Made by a program: the position numbers and the translations under genes. A stretch of 63,890 nucleotides of DNA, from the IMG/VR virus record IMGVR_UViG_3300033182_000816, positions 1 to 63,890 of that record; one strand, 5' to 3'. Shown piece after piece: positions 56,886 through 63,890 of the stretch; position 1 is the first letter of the stretch, and every line of letters starts with the position of its first letter. Source of the stretch: a virus (taxonomy: Duplodnaviria; Caudoviricetes). The notes under the pieces were generated by a model. That model ran no database searches, had not been told where the DNA came from, and worked only from the letters and a program-made list of their open reading frames with translations.

Positions 56886-59234
56886 ATGATAGAACCAAGT
56901 ACATCACTACAAGCCTGCTTCGATCACGCTGTTGAAACAGCAAAAGAGTTAAAGCACGAACACATCACAATAGAACATATTGTTCATAGTATTGTGAGTC
57001 ATAACGAAGCATACAACGCTCTAAAAGAATACGGCGCCGATGTTGAATATATCAGGCAAAACATTGACCATTATCTAAGAAATAATCTTAACGATATTAT
57101 AACCGACGAAGAGAATTTTAAACCTACAAAAACAAATGCTGTAGAACGTGTATTGAATAGATGTTTTACACAAGTTTTGTTTAGCGGTCGTTCAAAGATG
57201 GAAATTGCTGATGTATTGATTAGTGTTCTATCAGAAAAGAATAGTTTCGCATATTACTTCTTAACCAAAGGTGGTGTTTCTAAAGAAAAATTTGCTGCAC
57301 ACTTCCAGCAAGTTATCGAAGGTGATCCAGAAGTAGATGCAGACGACACTCTTCCTGCAAATCTAAATCAAAGTCAGGTTGATAAGATCATTAATAAATT
57401 TTGCACCAACCTATCAGTAAAAGCAAAACAACGTGAAATTGATCCTGTTATTGGACGAGATAATGAATTAGAAGAAATTGAACTTGTACTTGCACGACGC
57501 AATAAATGTAATGTACTAATGGTAGGTGATCCGGGTGTAGGTAAAACTGCTATTGCAGAAGGTCTTGCACTTAAAATCCTACAGAAGAAAGTACCTAAGT
57601 TTATTCAAGACCATACTGTTATTAGTTTAGATGTTAGCTCGGTTGTTGCTGGGTCTAAGTATAGAGGCGATTTTGAAGAAAGAATGAAAGCGATCCTCGG
57701 CGCACTGGAGCGCAAAGGAAAAGTTATCTTGTTCATCGACGAAGCACATATGATGAATGGCGCAGGCGCTGGCGGCAGTGACAAGTCAAATGACATGGCT
57801 AATATGCTAAAGCCTGCTCTTACTAAGGGTAAAATTAAATTAATTGCATCTACTACTTGGGAAGAATATCGCAAATACTTTGAAAGCGATAGAGCACTTA
57901 TGCGTCGATTCCAGCGTGTTACCATTGACGAACCAAGCAAAGAATTAACTGTTAAAATTATTAAAGGTATCCGAAAGTATTACGAAAAACATCATGGTGT
58001 AAAAATTACAAATGCTGCGGTAGAACAGGCTGTAAAACTTTCTATCAAATACATGGCTGACAAGAAATTGCCAGACAAAGCAATTGATATTATTGACTGT
58101 GCGTCAGCCCGTTATAAATTAACCGACGACGAAACTATGGAAGGCGTACAACAAATTGTTGACGTAGAACAGATTAGTTTTGAACTTTCTAAAATGGTTA
58201 ATATGCCTGTAGAAACTGTTGCAGAAAAAGAAACACAAAAACTTGAAAAGTTAGAAGAAAATCTAAAACAAGCAGTATACGGACAAGATCACGCAGTTGA
58301 TAACATTTTAGATAAAATTTTTGTATCACAGTCAGGCATGAAGGCTCCTAATAAACCTGTTGGTACATTTTTATTCTTAGGGCCCACAGGATGTGGTAAA
58401 ACAGAAACTGCTAAACAACTTGCAGATAAAATGGGTTTAGAGTTGTTACGATTTGATATGTCAGAGTATCAAGAGAAACATAGTGTAGCAAGACTAATTG
58501 GTGCTCCTCCGGGCTATGTAGGTTATGAAGATGACGCTGGTCAACTTATTACTAAACTGCAAGAACATCCTAATGCTGTATTGCTACTTGACGAAATTGA
58601 AAAGTCGCACAAAGACGTTTCAAATATTTTGTTAGGATTGATGGATAACGGCTTTGTTACAGGAGGCAACGGCAAGCAAGCAGACGCTCGTAACTGTATC
58701 CTTATTATGACATCTAACTTAGGTGCTGCTGACAATGAACTTAACACTATTGGATTTGGTGACCTTGAACGCACCGGAGAGGACGATAAAGCAATTAAGA
58801 AATTCTTCCCGCCAGAGTTCCGTAATAGACTTGATGCTATTATTAAGTTCGATAAACTTTCTCAGGATGTTGTACAAAACATTGTAGGTAAATTTATTGG
58901 CGAACTCAATGATCAACTTAAAGATAAGAATATCGAAATCATTCCAGATCAAGATACAATTAAGTGGTTAGCAAAACACGGGTACAACAAGAAGATGGGT
59001 GCTCGCCCGTTAGCACGATTAATTGACGAGAAAATTAAATCGCCGCTCTCACGCAGAGTTCTGTTTGGTGACTTAATTGACGGCGGACGTGTTGATGTTT
59101 CTATTGTAGACGACGAACTTTCGTTTGCTGTCACTGAGATGCCTAAACCATTAACCAAAGAAGAGAGAAAGGCTATGAAGGCAGCGATAAAGGAAGAGAA
59201 AATTGCTAACGACACCACAGACGACGAGTCGTAA
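56886..59234 (+). CDS. clpA: ClpA-type Hsp100 ATPase
   Basis: Clp N domain, GDPGVGKT, FIDEAH, LPDKAID, GPTGCGKT, RFDMSEY, LLDEIEK, IGF loop, GARPL; no ClpB M domain. Confidence 0.93.
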   Translation: MIEPSTSLQACFDHAVETAKELKHEHITIEHIVHSIVSHNEAYNALKEYGADVEYIRQNIDHYLRNNLNDIITDEENFKPTKTNAVERVLNRCFTQVLFSGRSKMEIADVLISVLSEKNSFAYYFLTKGGVSKEKFAAHFQQVIEGDPEVDADDTLPANLNQSQVDKIINKFCTNLSVKAKQREIDPVIGRDNELEEIELVLARRNKCNVLMVGDPGVGKTAIAEGLALKILQKKVPKFIQDHTVISLDVSSVVAGSKYRGDFEERMKAILGALERKGKVILFIDEAHMMNGAGAGGSDKSNDMANMLKPALTKGKIKLIASTTWEEYRKYFESDRALMRRFQRVTIDEPSKELTVKIIKGIRKYYEKHHGVKITNAAVEQAVKLSIKYMADKKLPDKAIDIIDCASARYKLTDDETMEGVQQIVDVEQISFELSKMVNMPVETVAEKETQKLEKLEENLKQAVYGQDHAVDNILDKIFVSQSGMKAPNKPVGTFLFLGPTGCGKTETAKQLADKMGLELLRFDMSEYQEKHSVARLIGAPPGYVGYEDDAGQLITKLQEHPNAVLLLDEIEKSHKDVSNILLGLMDNGFVTGGNGKQADARNCILIMTSNLGAADNELNTIGFGDLERTGEDDKAIKKFFPPEFRNRLDAIIKFDKLSQDVVQNIVGKFIGELNDQLKDKNIEIIPDQDTIKWLAKHGYNKKMGARPLARLIDEKIKSPLSRRVLFGDLIDGGRVDVSIVDDELSFAVTEMPKPLTKEERKAMKAAIKEEKIANDTTDDES

Positions 59235-59883
59235 ATTTTACAACAAATGGTTGTATAAAGTGACATTAAAAGTTCACGGCGCAGGACTTATGCGCCAGTG
59301 GACTGAGCCTCAGATACTTAAATTTTGCAACAGTAATACTCGACAACCGGGTAATTCTTCGTATAACTACTGGAAAGAAAAGGCATGGATGTCGAGAAGC
59401 GAAATAAAAGACATAGTAACATTTCTACAGGATTGGAGCAGCGACCAGTGGACCAGACGAATTGAAAATAATTACTTTGACCTATACACCAATAACAAAG
59501 AAATGTTTGAACAGTTTTCTTCTAAATTTGAAAAAATCATTGTACATAGATTTGCTCCAGACGAAAAAACAATAGATCGATTAAATGAAAGAAATGGTAA
59601 AACTATCGTAGGTAAAAAATTACCGCATAACAGATATCAGTTCAAAGCATATCTGTATCCTCACAAAATTGCCGATCGTTCCGATCGCCAATCATTCGTT
59701 AACTGGGTTGAGATGCAAGATCAAAGAATTAAAATGACAGATTCTGTAAAAAACTGGTTCATCAATACAACGGTTTCCTGGGACCGTCGCTACGTTCTTG
59801 TAGAAGACGAAGGAACACTTATGCTTATGAAAATGAGAAATGCTGATGTTGTTGGTTCAGTATATAAATTTGAAATAGCATAA
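59203..59883 (+). CDS. Hypothetical protein
   Basis: Long ORF overlapping the clpA end; KFYNKWLYK. Confidence 0.6.
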   Translation: MLTTPQTTSRKFYNKWLYKVTLKVHGAGLMRQWTEPQILKFCNSNTRQPGNSSYNYWKEKAWMSRSEIKDIVTFLQDWSSDQWTRRIENNYFDLYTNNKEMFEQFSSKFEKIIVHRFAPDEKTIDRLNERNGKTIVGKKLPHNRYQFKAYLYPHKIADRSDRQSFVNWVEMQDQRIKMTDSVKNWFINTTVSWDRRYVLVEDEGTLMLMKMRNADVVGSVYKFEIA

Positions 59884-59890
59884 ATATAGT

Positions 59891-60229
59891 ATGGCAACTG
59901 AAATCTTATTATCAAATATCACTACGATTGTTTCAGATTCATCGTTCTCTTACGGTGATAAGAAAAAAGGTGCGGGCTATCACAAAAACAATGATGGTGT
60001 GCATACCGCTGTCTACGATTTAAACGGGTTCGTAGGTACTGTTAAAATTCAAGGAACTTTAGCAACTTATCCTGGAGATGAGGATTGGATTGATATTATA
60101 GACACTGAGGCAAACTCAGGGGACCCTATTAACAACTTTAGTTGTACATTTACCGGCAAATTTGTGTGGATTCGTGCTGCACACAACCTACACGCTGGCT
60201 CTATTACTGAAATCCGTTATAATTACTAA
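59891..60229 (+). CDS. Hypothetical late protein (beta-rich)
   Basis: TAAATA 4 nt upstream; DG.HT..Y....F.G...IQG.LA..P...DW...FTG.FVW.RA. Confidence 0.6.
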   Translation: MATEILLSNITTIVSDSSFSYGDKKKGAGYHKNNDGVHTAVYDLNGFVGTVKIQGTLATYPGDEDWIDIIDTEANSGDPINNFSCTFTGKFVWIRAAHNLHAGSITEIRYNY

Positions 60230-60276
60230 CTTTACTTTTGGCATAAATATAGTATAATATTTAGGATTGTACTATT

Positions 60277-61188
60277 ATGCGTGACCTTTTAGATATTCTA
60301 TCAACCATTGATGAAGATTCTTCTTTTCAAATTGGTGATGAGTTTGGTATCAGTCTGTCCGAAGACTTTGAAATCGGCACAACAATCACAGACCTCGTTG
60401 AGGATGGCATAGTCATTGACTTAGATGAGGAAGCCTTAGAGTATCTTACACAAAATGGTGTTAAGTTTCTTGAGGGCGAATTAGTAGAAGCACACGGTAA
60501 CAGCAAAGTCTATGACAAGTGCTGGAAAGGGTACAAAAAAGTACCTGGCAAGAAACGTGGCGAAGAAGGTAGTTGTGTTAAAGAAGAAGACGAACCAGCA
60601 AATCCACGTGAAGCAGATATGCTTGACAATCAAGTTGCATTTATCAAATACGCAGTCGATGAAATTGAAGAATTTGTAAATATGGGTGGAACGTTTCCAG
60701 AATGGTTCCAAAATAAAATTTCTGGAGTGCATGAAACTGTTAAAATGCTACACGCATATACGGAAGGCGAAAAACGTAGCGATGAAAGCACAGAAGAAAA
60801 ATCCGATAACGACCTGTTAAGCAAAATGTCTGACTTTGTATTACGTACAACCGGACAGGGTACATCTAATGCTAAAGGTCAGAAGATTGTATACGAACCA
60901 AAAGGTCCTAAAATAGAGAAACCCAAAAAAGACGATAACGAAGTAGACGAAGCAGAATACCAAGGAAGAAAAGTTCAACTCGGAAAGAAAATGGCAGGTG
61001 ACGTAAAGAAGTACAAAGTTTACGTAAAGAATCCTAAAGGTAATGTTGTCAAAGTAAACTTTGGCGACAAGAAAATGCGTATTAAAAAATCTAATCCTAA
61101 ACGTAGAGCATCATTCCGTGCTCGTCATAATTGTTCCAAACCTGGACCAAGACACAAGGCACGTTATTGGAGTTGTAGGAACTGGTAA
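60277..61188 (+). CDS. Multi-module hypothetical protein, probable capsid-internal protein
   Basis: CWKGY...CV module; C-terminal basic KVNFG...SFRARH.C...ARYWSC domain (DUF6321-like). Confidence 0.6.
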   Translation: MRDLLDILSTIDEDSSFQIGDEFGISLSEDFEIGTTITDLVEDGIVIDLDEEALEYLTQNGVKFLEGELVEAHGNSKVYDKCWKGYKKVPGKKRGEEGSCVKEEDEPANPREADMLDNQVAFIKYAVDEIEEFVNMGGTFPEWFQNKISGVHETVKMLHAYTEGEKRSDESTEEKSDNDLLSKMSDFVLRTTGQGTSNAKGQKIVYEPKGPKIEKPKKDDNEVDEAEYQGRKVQLGKKMAGDVKKYKVYVKNPKGNVVKVNFGDKKMRIKKSNPKRRASFRARHNCSKPGPRHKARYWSCRNW

Positions 61189-61189
61189 T

Positions 61190-61528
61190 ATGTTATTAAA
61201 AGAATTATTTTCCCCTATCGGCGCACCAAAAGAAAAAGAACAAGATATCAATTGGGTTGAAGATCTAAAGTACTTTATTGATAATGATAGTGAAATGCTT
61301 TCTCAATCTTTATTTCCTGCAATTAAAAAACATAAACAAATGGGCGATCATCATGATGCGTATAAGTTATACATTAAACCCATTATGTCTTGTAAAGAAG
61401 TCTACACAAATAAATTCAACGTTGAAGAGATTGAAAGCAAGATTTCTAAAGGCGATATTATTGGATTAGCCAAAACCTTTGCAGAAGAACAAAACAAACA
61501 TATAAAGAACGGCGACTATGAAGATTAG
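61190..61528 (+). CDS. Hypothetical protein
   Basis: ATG 61190, MLLKELF N-terminus. Confidence 0.55.
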   Translation: MLLKELFSPIGAPKEKEQDINWVEDLKYFIDNDSEMLSQSLFPAIKKHKQMGDHHDAYKLYIKPIMSCKEVYTNKFNVEEIESKISKGDIIGLAKTFAEEQNKHIKNGDYED

Positions 61529-62966
61529 GCATCTATTTGAAGAAGAAGCAAAACACGTAACATTCTGCTTTGGCAGAATGAATCCTCCTACGATTGGTCA
61601 TAAAAAACTATTAGACACAATGAAATCAGTGGGCGGTGAGATGCGTATATTTGTAAGCCAAAGCCAAGATCCTAAAAAGAACCCACTTAGTTATTCAGAA
61701 AAAATTAGTTTCATGCGTAAACTATTTCCTGAATATTCAAAAGACATTATAGAAGAACCTACACTAAACACATTACCTAAAATTGCAGAGTACCTAAACA
61801 ACAATGGGTATGACCATGCTACTTTTGTAGCAGGAAGCGATCGTATAGACGATATGAAAAAAATGCTCGAAGCATACAATGGCAAAACAGAAGGTAAGAA
61901 AGGCCCACTTGCTACTACTTATAAATTTGAAACATTAGACTTTGTATCAAGCGGAGAAAGAGAAGATGGTGGTGGCGGTGTATCTGGTATTAGTGCATCA
62001 GGTGCAAGAGCAGCGGCAGCATCTGGAAACTTTGAAGAGTTTGTTCAAACAACCGGTGCTGGCGAGGCTGCGAAAGATTTGTACAATGCTGTACGTAATG
62101 GTATGGGTATTGAAGAGAAACGAGACATTGAAGAACGCTTTTCAAATAAATTAGCATACGTTCTTTCTGAAAAGAATGATGTTGATTGGGATTCTATATA
62201 TAAAGGTATTAACAGTGCTGAGTTTAGAGGCATAAAACCCGGCAAAGACGGAAGAGCACATTTTATTCGAACTAAAGGTGTTGATCCGAACGATAAAAAA
62301 TCTGTAGGATCAACTGCATACGGTCCTGTACAATTAACAGGCAAAACACTTAATGACTTAAGGAAAAGACATCCAGAGTTATTTAAAGGTGTTAATCAAA
62401 ATTACTTAGATAAGTTTTCTCAACAGGCTAAAGATTTTGCTAAACACGGAAGAAACAAAGGCAAAATTTCCGATTACGATCCAAAGTTTGATTATGGTTC
62501 AGCAGGCTCTTTAAGTGGTCCTGAATTTGATAAAGATTACAAAGATATGAGTATCGCAGCATTTAAAGCAAAACACGCAGATCTTGTAAAGAAAGGAAAT
62601 ACAAATCCGTCAGCAACAGACATTGCAACTGCATGGAGGGGAGTTGGACCAGATAAGGATCCTGAATATTTTCACGCATTTGATAAAGGACGCTTACCGA
62701 AGCCAACCGGAAGAAATGTTTCTATGACCAACAGTGAAACTAACGAAGATGGTGGACTCGTAATTCCAACAAGCACCGTTCGTGGTGTAATCATAGATAT
62801 GATCGCAGACAAGATTATGAAAACAAATGATTACGATAAAATAGCAAAATGGTTGAAACTAATTGTAGGTAAAGATTTAAAACCAAAAGGTCAATCAAGA
62901 TATATAATTACATCAGCAGATGTAAAAGAAGCAATCGGTATTGTAAAAGAACGCATAGGAAAATAA
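61518..62966 (+). CDS. Cytidyltransferase-like nucleotidyltransferase fused to a lysozyme-like domain
   Basis: FGRMNPPTIGH, KNPL, VAGSDR, ISAS..R; downstream AE...STAYGPVQL. Confidence 0.7.
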   Translation: MKIRHLFEEEAKHVTFCFGRMNPPTIGHKKLLDTMKSVGGEMRIFVSQSQDPKKNPLSYSEKISFMRKLFPEYSKDIIEEPTLNTLPKIAEYLNNNGYDHATFVAGSDRIDDMKKMLEAYNGKTEGKKGPLATTYKFETLDFVSSGEREDGGGGVSGISASGARAAAASGNFEEFVQTTGAGEAAKDLYNAVRNGMGIEEKRDIEERFSNKLAYVLSEKNDVDWDSIYKGINSAEFRGIKPGKDGRAHFIRTKGVDPNDKKSVGSTAYGPVQLTGKTLNDLRKRHPELFKGVNQNYLDKFSQQAKDFAKHGRNKGKISDYDPKFDYGSAGSLSGPEFDKDYKDMSIAAFKAKHADLVKKGNTNPSATDIATAWRGVGPDKDPEYFHAFDKGRLPKPTGRNVSMTNSETNEDGGLVIPTSTVRGVIIDMIADKIMKTNDYDKIAKWLKLIVGKDLKPKGQSRYIITSADVKEAIGIVKERIGK

Positions 62967-62967
62967 T

Positions 62968-63360
62968 ATGAAAGCAACTGATTTTATGAGCAATCAACAA
63001 TTTGAAAGTTGGGGCAAAGGAAAGAAAAAGAAAACGGAAGATACAGTGGACGAAGTCAACTACGATCATCCAGGTGCTAAAAAACTTGCTGAAATCGGAC
63101 GCAAAGTAATGGATATGTCTATTAGCATCAAAGACGATAAAACATCTAACTTAGTTTCTACTGTTGGCAACGAGCTTACTATGTTTGGCGGTCCAGGTGG
63201 GGCACAGAGCGCACAGGAATTAGAAAAACGTTGTGGCTGTCCTATGAGTTTAATTGAAAAAATTATGAAGGCTGCTTCTAAGCGTCCTGACGTATTAGAT
63301 AAAGTTAGGGATCCTGTTCCTTCTAAAGACGATGAAGAAATCGGAGACTTTGAGCAATGA
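62968..63360 (+). CDS. Hypothetical protein
   Basis: Coupled ORF, MKATDF N-terminus. Confidence 0.55.
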   Translation: MKATDFMSNQQFESWGKGKKKKTEDTVDEVNYDHPGAKKLAEIGRKVMDMSISIKDDKTSNLVSTVGNELTMFGGPGGAQSAQELEKRCGCPMSLIEKIMKAASKRPDVLDKVRDPVPSKDDEEIGDFEQ

Positions 63361-63890
63361 AGATAAGTCAGTTATTTGAAGGTTGGGGGGCAGACGAAAT
63401 TACTCCGTATTCAAATGGATACACTATTTGGCATAAGAAGCAATCAGCAGTTCGAGGAGAAGGCAATCATTGGGTCTACAAAACTCCAGATGAGTTTAGT
63501 GATTGGGACGATAGTATGAAGTGGGATCTTGAAAAGACTATTAAGTCATCAGAACCTATTGCTAAAGCATACTCCCATCAAGAAGCGGCTGATATCATGA
63601 AAAAAGCGGCTTCGGGCGAGACAGAATCTTTAGAAGAAAATCCTCTTCTTTACGGAACTGCTGCTGCTGCGTTTAAAGCACTCAGAGCTCTGAAAAAATT
63701 TAAACACTTACCAGACGAGACTATTAAAAAAATGTCTCATGAAGTTGTGAAAAAACAAAATAATCCAGTCAAAAAACCAAACCCTACAGCAAAAAATCAA
63801 TATAAAACAGATCAAAAAAGTTTAGACGACGAACAATTTAAACAAAAGTACGGTTGGGACAAAACTGCTGAAAAGGGCGGTCTTGACGAT
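63357..63890 (+). CDS. Hypothetical protein, 3'-truncated by window edge
   Basis: ATGA coupling; MKISQLFEG...; open to the end of the window. Confidence 0.6.
   Translation, partial: MKISQLFEGWGADEITPYSNGYTIWHKKQSAVRGEGNHWVYKTPDEFSDWDDSMKWDLEKTIKSSEPIAKAYSHQEAADIMKKAASGETESLEENPLLYGTAAAAFKALRALKKFKHLPDETIKKMSHEVVKKQNNPVKKPNPTAKNQYKTDQKSLDDEQFKQKYGWDKTAEKGGLDD

Noticed and set aside
1-63890. Stop-codon reassignment, as in some jumbo phages
   Set aside because: Coding density is near complete under the standard code, and TAG and TGA both end genes at coupled junctions.
1-63890. tRNA/rRNA genes and intrinsic terminators
   Set aside because: Intergenic gaps are short and none showed a cloverleaf or a convincing hairpin plus U-tract by eye; tRNAscan-SE/ARNold would be needed to be sure.

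Overview
AT-rich, gene-dense segment of a large lytic dsDNA phage (T4-like/jumbo type). The spanins, KdsA and FdxA-type ferredoxin point to a Gram-negative, probably aquatic proteobacterial host. It uses the standard genetic code, and I found no tRNA, rRNA, CRISPR array or mobile element. Layout: (1) 1-16.4 kb is a large accessory enzyme island: a TctA/TctC tripartite transporter followed by internally duplicated families of 2OG-Fe(II) oxygenases, sulfotransferase-like P-loop proteins, SAM methyltransferases, an unknown four-member paralog family, an SGNH hydrolase, a GNAT-like protein and a minimal adenylation enzyme. (2) 16.4-29.3 kb holds early/metabolic genes (Hc1-like histone, thyX, Bfd-like protein, queD with a candidate riboswitch leader, kdsA, glycosyltransferase, cytidylyltransferase-cupin, HAD phosphomannomutase, uvsE). 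(3) 29.4-47.3 kb holds tail/baseplate genes: a 2770-aa protein with five phycobiliprotein-like C-x-R-D repeats, and an Ig-repeat gene that appears split by an inserted fibre + subtilase pair. (4) 47.3-54.2 kb holds replication/metabolism genes (DnaE fragment, GroES, Ugd, MazG-like, clamp loader, FdxA, dCMP deaminase, PhoH). (5) The rest is a lysis cassette (GH108 endolysin, i/o-spanins, EF-hand membrane protein), DnaJ, ClpA and probable capsid-internal proteins. Consensus sigma70 early promoters and T4-like TAAATA late promoters are visible, many of the latter apparently making leaderless mRNAs. All calls are from manual motif recognition; no database searches were run.
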